Shown here piece after piece: positions 39,166 through 51,194 of a stretch of 64,000 nucleotides of DNA. Source of the DNA: Phoronis australis (Eukaryota > Animalia > Phoronida); NCBI GenBank assembly GCA_002633005.1, contig NMRA01000439.1:186001-250000 (forward strand). The letters are read 5' to 3'. The notes beneath the pieces are model-generated. The model saw only the letters and a program-made list of their open reading frames with translations. It did not search any database and had not been told where the DNA came from. Position 1 is the first letter of the stretch. Every line of letters begins with the position of its first letter. The translations under genes and the position numbers were made by a program.

Positions 39166-40499
39166 TGAAGCAGTTTAGAATCTATGGAAAGTCCGCAAAA
39201 TAAACATTCAAAAGTAATTAGTGCAAGTCAGTGGTCATTATGAAAATAAAGTAAAAAATTGTCCGATATATACGTGTTTAAATATTTTTAGCATCTATTG
39301 ATATTTTGGTTATCTGTGACCGAAGTTATCACACTAAAGTGATTTAAAGATATCAGCAGTTTTCAAAAACAATAAATTCTCATTAACTGTAGCTAACTGC
39401 CAAAATTTCTCTTAAAATTTGTTATGACTTTTTGGTATGAAAACCCCATGCTACAATTGTTTATGCCATGTACCATTTGTATTGTGACATGGCACAACTC
39501 GCACGGAACATTCAAATGTCACATGTGAGAATGCTATGTTCTACGTGAGAAGTGCCATTTGTCACATGGGACATGAGTTTTTGGAAGTTAATTGCAGCTA
39601 GTTAAAAAATCATTTTGGCAAAGTAAATAGTAAAATGAAATCACAACTAATAAAGCTATAAATTGCCCCCATTTTCAATTGAATTGAGCAAAAAAATTTT
39701 GAGACTGAAAATCTCATTATTTTGGAATGCGTTCTAAATTATTCTACTTTGAAGTTGCATGGCAATTTACTTTACTTATTATACCTTTGATCTTCTATAC
39801 ATTTTTACTAGTGGGAGGGTCACACAAATGAGAATATTAAATTATACAAACATCACAAACCATCATGAAACAAAATATAATCAAATGAAAAATCACATTT
39901 TCACCCGCATAATAACCATTGGTCTTTGATAATGACAGATTAGTGAATATTGTTAAATTAACAGTCAGAAAAAAAGGAACAGTCGTTCATTAAAGCAATC
40001 TTCAACAGTTCAAGGAAAATCTAGCCTGCACTTCTACCTTATTTTAGCATGATGCGTTTTATTCAACTTTATGCAGATTCAATGATAATTTTTCTATTTC
40101 CTAAAATATGGACAAATCCAATTATATATGTTAAAAAAAACAAAATTTTTTACATTTGTCAAGCTTTATCGACAAAATGTCATAAAATTTATCAAAAAAC
40201 CAGGAACACAGCAAGGGTAAACTATTGTAGATAGTAGAAAATTTGCTAACAGCTTGTCATTTTTAAGAGAAGCAACTTGTATAATGTGTACAGTAATTTT
40301 CCACTTATTTTGCTAAAAATTTTTATTTTCCATTTGTTTACTTTGTTATAACAAACAGTGGAAACTTCAATGGCATCTACAGTGAAAAGTGCGACTAAAA
40401 TTACTTTTGTAATCTTTATTTTTGTGGAGAACTTCACAGGTGTGCCGTAGTACTGAGCGCTAAATAAGTAAATCAGACTTACGATAGACATATGTAATA

Positions 40500-40645
40500 A
40501 AACATTCCTAGATCACGTAACCACAGTTATTGAAGTAGACATCAAAGGGGCGTAAAACTGACGCAGCTCTCGGTGAAATATACCACTAAGAGGGTCCACC
40601 TTTACCCTTTATATATAACTGAGCTTCCAGGCAGATGCATCAGTC
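40500..40645 (+). promoter_or_regulatory. Core promoter of gene B: TATA box (TATATATAA 40610-40618), initiator TCAGTC (40640-40645), upstream TCF/LEF-type ACATCAAAGG (40539-40548) and TGACGCA bZIP half-site
   Basis: Canonical ~30-bp TATA-to-Inr spacing, followed by a 59-nt exon with an AAG|GTAAGT donor. Confidence 0.7.
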
Positions 40646-40700
40646 AACAGTCTCACCAGTGGCAAGTTACTGAGCACGTGTTTCTCCTGATGACCTAAAG
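40642..40700 (+). other. Gene B non-coding exon 1 (5' UTR)
   Basis: Starts at the Inr A and ends at consensus donor AAG|GTAAGT. Its 5' part is conserved in the duplicate at 63961-64000. Confidence 0.7.
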
Positions 40701-41192
40701 GTAAGTGAATTCATCAATAACTGTATGAAAAGTTTAACAGTCTAATTGGATGAAGAACTGCTGATATTGCAAAATGTCAGGACTCACATGTAAATAGGAA
40801 AAACAAAACATGCATCCTACACACACAGAAAAGGATCAGTTTTCAACTTAATTCCATGCTTAAGAGAACTGATAAAACAAATTCAATTCTCTTCACAACC
40901 TCTTTTCACTAATCACTGAGTTAAGTTTAAATTTTTCCGCTAACGAGATTGAAAAGTTATGACACAAATTTCAAAAAATTGGTAATTTCTTAAAAAATAA
41001 GACATTTTGAGCTTGTGGTATTTATTCAATGCATTTATTTCAAGACATAACACACAATACTCTATAGTGCAGACATAGGCTTTACATTACATGAATTTTG
41101 TAATTCCAATTGAGTTTGAATTTTCTGTCCAACAAAACAATGAAAGTTAATGATGAAATATGAGGAAATTCAGATTTTGTTCTTTTGCAGTC

Positions 41193-41280
41193 ATGAAAGT
41201 GGCACTCTGCATACTTGTTGTGACAGTTTTGGTTGGAACACTGCTGTGCCATGCGTCTGCAGATAACCCCGGGCAAATTG
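41193..41280 (+). CDS. Gene B exon 2: signal peptide MKVALCILVVTVLVGTLLCHASA-DNPGQI of a secreted protein
   Basis: Strong acceptor tcttttgcag at 41190, ATG 2 nt later, classic n/h/c signal peptide ending A-S-A. Non-canonical donor G|GCAAGT. Confidence 0.75.
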
Positions 41281-42308
41281 GCAAGTCCTTCTTTTCTGGG
41301 TTAAGTGAAAAATTATCAATTATTGGAATTTGTATCATGTGATTTTACAATAGCTACGTAGAGCATCAAAATACGCTCACGACAGCTCTGCAAACAGTGA
41401 GCTTCTATGGGTGCATTTAGTATCATAGAAATGACCATTAGATTGAACAGAATGTGTCAAACCGGTACGACCTTGATAAGCATGACAGTAAAGTAATACC
41501 ATTGCATGCTTGTTGTTACACAGTGCAGCGGGACTGCTGTCTTGAGAATTCTCATGACCCACTATATATCTGAAATGGATTTCTGACTATAGTTGGCAAC
41601 CAAAATCTCTAGCTCATTATGCTAATGACTATAGTCAATTCACCAGCTGTGATGTATAAACAGATATCCCATTAGACTTAGGGACATGTAAGACCCCATA
41701 AAAATGTCCTACACTTGGCTGACTTGGCGGAACATCGTGCCTCAAAAATGGCTGATGAGAGTCACGTGAAACTTTAGTTATTGTGTTTTATGCACTGTTC
41801 TCAAAAAGCTCTGTTAGGAATTGTTTTAAAATAAGAGTTTTATGAATTTCATGAAAAATCTATCAAGTTGCATATGACAGAAATGAAATGATAATTTCAG
41901 AAAAGTGTTTTAACAGCATTTTCATATCTCACCTTGCATGTCAAATAAAATTTGATCATGTTATTGATACCATTGTTTTGCTATCAATATACCTTTGTAT
42001 TTTTCTGAATTTTAGTGAAAAAATATGGTCACATTACCCAGTTCATAACAGATTCGTAAAAAGTCGAAAATTGAATGTCACACTTTCCACTTTCACAAAA
42101 TATACACTTTTACAAAATTAAACTTTACCTAGATATTTTGTAAAATGCACAAACTTTTTTTGATAATGTTGTACACAACCGTAACTTCTATGCTTATCAA
42201 CATTTGAACTTTGAAGGGCAGTAACATTCCTAATCTTGGCTCAATTTTGAGCTTTAAAACACCTGCACATACTCCGATTAAAAAACTATTTCTGGTTCAA
42301 TTTTGAGC

Positions 42309-43329
42309 GGATTGTCCTAAACCCCCTCGAATCCCACACCCCTCAACCTACGACCCCCTAAACCCACAACCCCTCAACTCACGACCCCCTCATCACAACG
42401 ATCTTATTACGTCACTGAGTGACTTTCCTTGAAGGTGTAACTGTCGTCGCATGGTGGAACAGAGAGGTCGACGAATGGATCATTGGCCTTGCAAATTTTT
42501 GCGAAAATAAAAGCAAAAAAATAAAGCACATTTACATAAGAAAATAGAAGACTTATGAAAAAGCTCCAAACAACTGTTGAAGTGTTGTCTGAGAAAACAT
42601 CAGTGTAATTCTCAGTTGAACGTTGGGTATTTCATCATGATTCATGCTTCATTGTCGAAGATTTTGTCAATTGTAATTATTCAGTGTCAGGTATGGGACT
42701 GTCGTGGACATTTAATGTGTTTTACCCCCATTGAAAAATAATCTTGCAAGGGCGGCACACCATATGGGGCTGGGGGGTCAAAGCCCTCCACTTATTTCAG
42801 TGCTGCACAGCCCATGTCTTTATGTAATAAATTTGAATTTTGAGTTTTGTTGCATGAGACATTGTTACAGCGGAAGAGCACATAAGTGTACTCTCTGACT
42901 CCGCACAAAAGCGCTGGTGCAAACAGAGCGCGTGTCAGCTCGCATGCGAACTTTTCCGGCCAGGTGTAATGGCGCTCTGATCCGCCAAATTGAAAAATAG
43001 TTCATGATTCCTGTCCATCGTCAGCTGAGCATTCTTGACCTGCTATGGGACGAAAAGAGCATATCGGCCTGTTTTCAGAGCACCGGAGGTCCGTCTGCCG
43101 TTTCTCTCAAAAAAGGTGCATTGTTCCTGGTTCGATTATACACGCATTGTTTATGGTGCGTTTGAAATGTGAGGCTGTGACGAGTGCTGCTAGCTGTGCC
43201 GAAAGTGAGTCAATAACCTGATGGCGCCAAACTCGGCTTTGGGTCAAGGAAGTTGTAGGACGAGGGGGTTGTGAGTTGAAGGGGTCGTGGGTCAAGAGGT
43301 GTGGGGTCAAGGGGTTTTTAGAACAATCC
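42309..43329. mobile_element. Non-autonomous Mutator-like (MULE) DNA transposon
   Basis: TIRs GGATTGTCCTAAACCCC / GGGGTTTTTAGAACAATCC with subterminal (CGACCCC)-like repeats. Perfect 9-bp TSD ATTTTGAGC at 42300-42308 and 43330-43338. Confidence 0.85.
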
Positions 43330-43964
43330 ATTTTGAGCTTTTAAAACACCAGCCCAAAATCTGATTTCGAAACAAAAATTACAATTTCACAGCAAACATT
43401 CTTTGAAAAATAAGCTAAATTTAAGGCTCAAGCAAGGATAATTCGCAGAGGTCACTATATACAAAATCACCATGAGAACCCTGCAGGCTGGGTTAAAGAA
43501 GGTTATTTACAATACTGCCAGCAAAACGAATTATCCTGATGACCGTTTCGTAGGAAATTGCTGGTTGAGATGTCATTGGAATGTTCCCCGGTCTCCTCTG
43601 CAAAGGCACTCAGAGTTACGAGTCAATTTTCAAAGTAAATGTAATACAGCATTATCAGAAAATGAATCAGGTTTTACGACAATGACCCACAAATTGCTTT
43701 TCCTTGAGACCAAGTGATATATTGACAGTTTATAAATGTGAATTCATTAAACCCATAGAGCATCTGATTGCAGAGATAGAGAGAAATCAGCGAGATGGTG
43801 ATGAAAAGGCCAAGATGAATGTATATTGGTGGGAGCCACAATTGGATTTACAGAGAAAAAAAAAGATGTTACTGCCAATCGTCAAAGTAAATAGGTAATC
43901 CACAGTACAATCCCATAATTATCGATCATCAATAATCAATAAGTAATTGGAAAAAATATAAGAC

Positions 43965-44795
43965 GAATGACTCGAAAACAGTAAAAATGGCCTTAAGGTG
44001 GTGCAAAGTTCCTCGATTCCATCCGAAAATGGGAGGATAGCATCATCTCACCAGTAGATGCCTATATGTCTCAAATTTTCTGAAAATCCGTTGAGGACTT
44101 TTGAAGAAACAGAGTTTAACCTAAAAAACAAAAATTGCCACTCGCTGGCACACCAGTAGTCAGATCCGTCTGAAAGCTGTCATCCATTGTCAAAATCAAA
44201 TAAATACACTTGCTCAATTTAGTAAAGATCCTGCAAACGGTTTAGGAGATACAGCCATGAGCGTAAAAAAACAAAACTGCAACTAGGAGGAGCCACAGTA
44301 GTCAAAGTCACAGGAAAATAGTAAGAAGACATACATGCCAATTTTCACAATCATCCTTGTAAGGGATTTGGTTGATAGAGGCGTGGATGCAAAAACAGAC
44401 TCAAAAACAGCAAAAATGGCCACTAGGTGGTGCAAACTACGTTGAATCAATCTGAAATTGAGATGATAGCGTCATCTCACTAATAGATGCCTATATATGC
44501 CAAATTTTAAGAAAATATGTTGAGAATCTTAAAAGATACAGAGGTAAACCTTAAAAAAACTAAAATAGCCACTAGAGGGCAGCTAGGTAGCCAAATCTGT
44601 ATGACATTTAGCTCTATCCATCCCATGCAAGAAAGGAACATGTGTGCAAAATTTCATGAATGTACGTTGAATGGTTTTGGAAATACAGCATCGAACGCCA
44701 AACACCGGACGGACGGACAGCTGGACGAACAGCTGGACGGACAGACTGGGATGACGACATAATGCGTCCACATATAAATATGTGGGCGCATAAAA
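43965..44795 (+). mobile_element. 5'-truncated HINE of the same family
   Basis: About 5 core repeats, GGAC microsatellite and the same 3' hairpin at 44762-44791. Confidence 0.78.
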
Positions 44796-45011
44796 ATGTC
44801 GGTGAAAAGTTCCATAACATTCTAAGGGGCTACAAATACCCATGCACTGGTTACTAGTCACTACCAGTAGAGGAAGATGCAGTGAACAGTTGAGTTGCAA
44901 AAAAGAAGCAGCAGTTACAGCATTATTCAACTTAGAGCCAGCTATAGAGACAGTAGGTTATTGAACCAACTATTGTTGCTTGAAGTGAAACACAAGTCAA
45001 GGCTTTACAGT

Positions 45012-47094
45012 GGATTGTTCTAAAACCCGCTCGACCCCCACACCCCCTCGACCCACAATCCTCTCGACCCATGACCCACAACCCCCTTGTCCCAGTCCAC
45101 ACAAGCTCGACTCGGGCTGAACATAAAACAAGTGCCAACTTAAAGCACCAATGAGTTGGAGTGTGAGCTCCGCTGGTTTACTTTATTCCCTGCTTGTTTG
45201 CAAGTAAGAGGGTCGACTGGCAAGTTTGAAAGGCAAAAACAGAAAAAAAAACAACGCGGCCAAATCAATTCAAAGACCTACCAACATTACAAATGTCGTT
45301 CTGGCCAGAGTGCATCTGTCTCGTCTGCTCTTCAGTGAATGGCAGATTCAACTTTTGTGCGGAGAGTGCAAGGAACCGATAAAACTGTTTTCATCAGTAA
45401 ATACAGTTTGAAACTGTTAACTTAAGTATTCAATGTTACATGGAGTATATTGTACGTAAATGAGTATACAACAGAAAGCAAATAATAAAAAATGTGAAAT
45501 TACATTCACGGAAATGTACTCTCTCCCTAAGTTTAGTAGAACTGGGCCATTGGAAGCCGCTGGTGGAACTATTTCTGTGACAATGATAGCACTCTCACAA
45601 TGCGCTATTTCAGACCACCTACGCACGCCACTTTAATCACCAGACTTGAGCCAGATCTGATTCGCATATAGATATGTCTTATGGAAGTCACTCAACGAAG
45701 TAATAAGATTATGAAATAAAAACAAGAGCAACGCGGAGCATTGAAATGCGCCCACGAATGCATTGCAAATGGTGTGCTTTTAGGGTTGCTTACTTGTGTC
45801 ATAAAAATGGCCACTAGATGACACAGAAACATACAATCCATCCGAAAATGGGAACATGTCATTGCTTCTTTAAGTTAAAAGAAAGCGATACACCAAATTT
45901 CATAGAAATCCATCAGGGAACTTCAGAGAAACAAATGAAAACAGAATAAAATGAAATTGCAACTAGGGAGCACAGCGTTCATTGGATCCGCTTGAAAGTC
46001 GTCATACACAATTAAATTTAATAATTTAAAGATCCTGCAGTAGAATAGGAGATGGGTGCAAAACAAAACAAAACTACCACTAGGTGGCACCAGAGTAGTC
46101 AAAATTGTCATCATCAACTGTCCTCTTCACACTGACCACATATACGCCAATTTTCAAAACCATCCTTAGAATGATTTGGTTGACGCCAAAAACACTCAAG
46201 AACACCAAAAATGGCCACTAGCTGGGGCTAAGTACCTTGATTCCATCCGAAAATGGGAGGATAACGTCGTCTCACCAATAGATGCCGGTATTCAAAATTC
46301 TATGAAAATCTGTTGAGAACCTTTGAAGACACAGAGGTAAACGTAAAACTAAAATTGCCACCAGGGGGCAACCAGTAGTCACTCCATCCCAAAATCACCG
46401 TTGTCCGTTGTCAACATCATGTAAACACACTTCTTAAATATAGTAAAGATCCTGCAAAAAACAGCCATGGGCACAAAAAAAGAAACTGCCACTAGGAGGC
46501 GCTACAGTAGTAGAAGTCATCGGAAAATCCTCCTCCACTTCATAGTAAAACCAAACATGCCAATTTTCACAATTATCGTGAAAGCAGTTTGGTTGATAGA
46601 GGGGTGGACGCCAAAAACAGACTCCAAAACAGTAAAAATGGCCACTAGGCGGCACAAACTAGGTCAGAATCCACTTGAAAACAGAAAAATAGCGTCACCT
46701 CTCTAACAGAAGCCTGTACACCAAATTTTATGAAATTACGTTGAGGACCTTTGAAGATACGGAGGTAAAAGTAAAAAAATAAAGTTGCCACTAGGGGGAA
46801 CACCAGCAGTCCCAACCGTCCGAAAATTTGCTCATGCCGTCCCATTCATGAAAGAAACAAATGTGCAAAATTTCATGAACATTACGTCAATCGGTTTTGG
46901 AGATAGAGCAGCGGACGCCGGACAGACGCCGCTCGGACGGACGGACGGAGATGACGGCATAATGCGTCCACATATAAATATGTGGGAGCATAAAAAGCAC
47001 AAAAATACAGCTAATGCCACAGGCCATGGGGGCCGTGAGTCATGGGTTCAGGGGGTTGTGGGGTGTGGAGGTCGATGAGGTTTTAGAACAATCC
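45012..47094. mobile_element. Non-autonomous MULE of the same TIR family, containing a nested HINE
   Basis: TIRs GGATTGTTCTAAAACC / GGTTTTAGAACAATCC. TSD CTTTACAGT / CTTTACAGC (8/9). Confidence 0.85.
45720..46995 (+). mobile_element. Complete Helentron-associated interspersed element (HINE/DINE-1-like) with ~146-bp tandem core
   Basis: Inserted in an A-run. 5' subTIR ATGCGCCCAC (45746), 8 core repeats, (GGAC)n microsatellite, 3' hairpin ATGCGTCCACATAT-aa-ATATGTGGGAGCAT (46962-46991). Confidence 0.8.
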
Positions 47095-50000
47095 CTTTAC
47101 AGCATAGGCTGAAGCATAGAATAAAAGATACATTGGACTTTGTGAACGCATGGTCGAGAACAATAAAGAAATTTACTTGAATCATTTTTCAGTCTACAAT
47201 CGCACCAAAAGCTATAAACACTGGTTGGTAACATCCTGGGCCCACCCATCCACGGTTAGAATGTGACAGGTTGCTTATCATCATGCTTTTGGCATGCCTG
47301 ATAAGTTAGACGTTATGCCTTACTACTCTGACATAGCTGCACGTGGTCACATGTGGAGATATTCTGACCAGATATAAGTTATATGACACACACTACTGCT
47401 GGCTTATGATGTGCGGTAAACAACTAAGTGTGGTGAGGTTTTTGGTGTATAGTTGTGTTATAAAATGAATCGTCCAGTTTCCCTTTGAATTTCAGGTAAA
47501 CATTAGAGCATGAGAAACTACAGAAAAGACAACACAAGAAAGATCTATTGGTTGTTCACAATAATGTATTAAATAAATACATTTAGTTTCCGATGTATTG
47601 TTTTCATGTTTTATGCTAATGAGGAGAAGACTAACACTATTCGATGAGAACAGACTAGACTTTATTGAACTGGCACACTATGGCTGCCGAGGGACAACAA
47701 TGCCATCTTGTGGACAATAATGAAACTAAATAATTTATTTGATCATTGTCAGTTATGGCATGGATGAAAGTTGCACGAGGTTATGTTACGTCAGACGTAG
47801 TTCCACCATCATATTTATAGACGTGTGGACAAAAATCAAGAGCAATCTCAATGTAAGAAGTACTTGAAAATGTATCTTATACACATAAGCTTTCTAGCAA
47901 AATATAATCAGCAAGGCCAATAACACAGCACTGTGACTTAAATTTCACCACATAGGTTCTCCTACACTGAATATGATAGGGGTCTATCTCACTCTCCAGC
48001 TTTCCAAACACTAAAGATAATTTATCTTTGAATTAAAACAAAAAAGTGGTTGGAAGTTTCAAAACTTTTTTTATCTTTCAAAGGCTGCAACTGCAGTTCA
48101 GATCATTTCTAGGGTAAAAGGAACAATAGTGTTAAAACATTGATAATTTCTTAACGTCAAAAATTTGCCAAATTTTGAAGGAAAAATTACTGGCCAATTT
48201 TTAAAATAATTTACTGACATTTTTTATTTGGTTTCCTGATGTATTTATGCCCTAATTTTGACAAACCAGGCCAAAAATTGCTAATTTTAGTTTTAAATTT
48301 TCAAATAAAACAGAAAGTCTGCAGACGGATAAACAGTATGAATGTTGCTAAGATATTTTCCCGAAGACAGTGCCAAGTTTTCTCCTTACATGAGTGACCT
48401 GAGTTTTGCTCACTAACAGTCGGGTAAGAGTACGATCAGACTTGGCTGGCATCAGCACGAATCTGAGGTTTTGACCTCCATCCCTCAGCAGAGACAGTTA
48501 ATATGGTCTCTGATGTCCAACTTGGTTATCACTGTCCAAAGTTAAATTTAGTGCTTTCAAAGACACAACAAAATTGATTTTGCCTTCATATAAAGAAAAT
48601 ATGATCCAGCAGCCTCGAAAAAAATCCTCCAACAATGAGATAATGTGAAGAGTGTACTAGTCACGGAACCAGCACAATGCGTTCTGATTGTAATCTGCTT
48701 TCTAGGGGATATTTACTGTGTGTAATTGAATTAAGCAAAACACCATCAATCCAGACAGAAAATGTAGAACTCAAGGCAGCTGTTTTGGCTACAAGAAAAT
48801 TGGGAATGAAATCTACCAACGAAAATGCTTAATTTCAATTAGTTCTGCTACACTCCACTCTAAAATGTCTACAAAAGAGGAGAATGCTTTGGAATAAATC
48901 TACAGAAGGGAGATTTTTTCAAAGATACTCCCGATAAATGGGGTTCATTTATTAGCGCTAACAGTCAAATTTCACCAATTTAGAGCAATATGACTTATAA
49001 AAACAGATACATTTCAATTTATTTTACATGAAACATATATTAATAGCACAAAACTGAATGTTCCATGTTTAACTTTCGTCAAAAATCTAACGTTGAACAG
49101 TATTGAAGTTTTATGGCATCACAACAACAGTAGAAGCCATTGAAAATGAAAAAAATGGCGTTCTTGGAAATTACTTTTGTCTGAAATTGGTAAGATTTTA
49201 CCTAACTCTATAAAAGGATGATGTGATATTTCTATAAGTGTGAGTTTTTACAATTTCCAGCAACACACCCAGAAGAAGCTTATCTCCCAAAATCATCAAC
49301 ATCTGTGTAGGAACTTAGTACATTGAGAGGCAAATGCAAAAAATGCAATTAAGAGACCCAGTAATCAAACCGATCCGAAAATTGGTGAGATCATTCTTAT
49401 CAATGACACAAACACGTCTATGGAAGTTCACAAAAAACACAATTAAGCAGTTTGGGCAATGGCAGCACTGGCAAACGGACAGATAGAGAGGACAGCAAGA
49501 CACACAAAAAATGTCTGTGGGCACATAAATGAAAATATATTATTAAGCTTCCTGAAATTTAATGAAAATATTTACAATCTCAAAATTTACATTAATAATA
49601 TATACCTAGAGTTACAGCAGATAGACCACGTCAGGACTAGGCCCAAAAGTATGCAACTATGTAGGAATTCGAAGAGGTTTAATAAAAACAAGTCGTAACA
49701 ATTCATGAAGTATATTTTTCATACAGAAGTAAGCAATTTTAAAGATTATATACAATAAAGTTCAATTTGTAATAACGAAAAACACAAATTACTTAAAGTA
49801 CTTAATGTTCACATGATTTCAATTTTGGTTAAAAGTCATACACGGAGAAAATAATGGTTTTTCTGAAATAAAGGGATAACACAAATTCTAAGGTTATAAC
49901 ATTTTCGATTTTTATGAAAGCTCTGAGTGAAATGAACAGAAGCATAAATTAATAGGTAATAATCCATGTTATATATAACAGTCAATGTAAAAACCAGCCT

Positions 50001-50871
50001 TATAATTTCAGAAAATAATACCACAGAACAATAAGTACCAAAAATTTACAAATGCAAGAAAAAACTAGGTACACTCTACAGTGAGAAATGGCATGCAAAT
50101 GAGCTAACTACAAAAGAATGTTAATTTCCTGAAACTAACTCAGGAACTGGGACGTGCAGTTTTAACTACTATCTAACATCACAACAATAACGTACAGTTC
50201 AAAACTAATCAGGCGAAATACTGTTTACCCAACATGGCCGCTACTTTGCAAAACCTGTAATGGCAAAAATTACTGGTAAGGACTATTATGATGGTAAAAT
50301 TGTAGCTTAGCCATCTTACTAACGAGGGGTGAGAGTGGGTGTTCATTAAAGAGCAGAAAACAAAATGAAGGTCTTTGGGGACGCCGAATGATTGTAGTAG
50401 CAATGAATTATGCTCTAGTATCACGAAGGAAAATACCCATACCCCTTAAGAAATGAAAAAAATTCAACGGATTTGACATACCGGTAATATAAAAAGTACA
50501 ATTTTTACACAGAAAAAACAGAAATCAGCCAAAAAGCAAAAACTCATCTGTTAATAACTTTCACCCTCATTGTTCATTATGAGGGACGAGAACTATGACG
50601 ACGAATTTTGTTTCCGCTCAGCCATGATGATAGGAAATTCTGGGTAACTTTGTGTACTGCACATAAAAGACTTTTGATTCTTCGTACATTTGCAATGTAA
50701 TATTTAACCATGCAGTAAGAATACTGTTTAGCTTCAGAAAACTCCACATCGCTTTTTAAAAGACAAAATATATTGGCAAAAAATAAATACCTCCATTCTT
50801 AAAAGTCAATCTTCGTAATAACGAAGACTTTGACTCATATATTAATATCCGCATGGTCTATTATGTCTGAA

Positions 50872-51194
50872 TTATGCCTCCGATTGTTGAGGGCCTGCCT
50901 CGAAACCAGGATTCTCAAAAGAGTTGTCGCCATGGCCCTTCAAACCACCATTGGCATTGCCATTGCGGTTGACTCCAGTGCCACCGTTGGCAGGCTGGAA
51001 GTCATGTGTGCTTTGCATTTGTACAGAGTCACTGGCAGAGTTGTACAAAGCATTGTCGAAACCACCCGCATAAGACATCTTCTGTTTGCGTTTCATGTAG
51101 ATGATATAACCAACAAATATGGCGCCAAGAACGACCAGGCAGGCCACAACGATGCCAACAATTTTAAAGGCGTTGGCTACGTCATTGGCTTCTT
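50872..51194 (-). CDS. Gene C last exon: TM helix (IVGIVVACLVVLGAIFVGYIIYM), stop-transfer KRKQK, tail with FDNALY and FENPGF
   Basis: tttttcag acceptor, ORF 50872..51147, TAA stop. Confidence 0.92.

Larger units (their letters stand above)
41193..47513 (+). pseudogene. Gene B: small secreted Cys/Trp-containing protein of unknown family, probably disabled. Candidate exons 41193-41280, 43554-43634, 43774-~43890, 47193-47432, 47496-47513
   Basis: Plausible acceptors and donors at each candidate exon, with AATAAA at ~47572. In-frame TGA at 47264, an apparent frameshift near 47370 and a phase conflict at the A9 run 43856-43864. Confidence 0.45.

Noticed and set aside
43554-43890. Macin/defensin identity for gene B (QIGNCW.., ..KRCYC)
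   Set aside because: Requires several ad hoc frameshifts and lacks the full cysteine array. The resemblance is likely chance.
47264-47266. In-frame TGA as selenocysteine
   Set aside because: No SECIS recognised, and additional frame disruptions point to pseudogenisation or sequence error.
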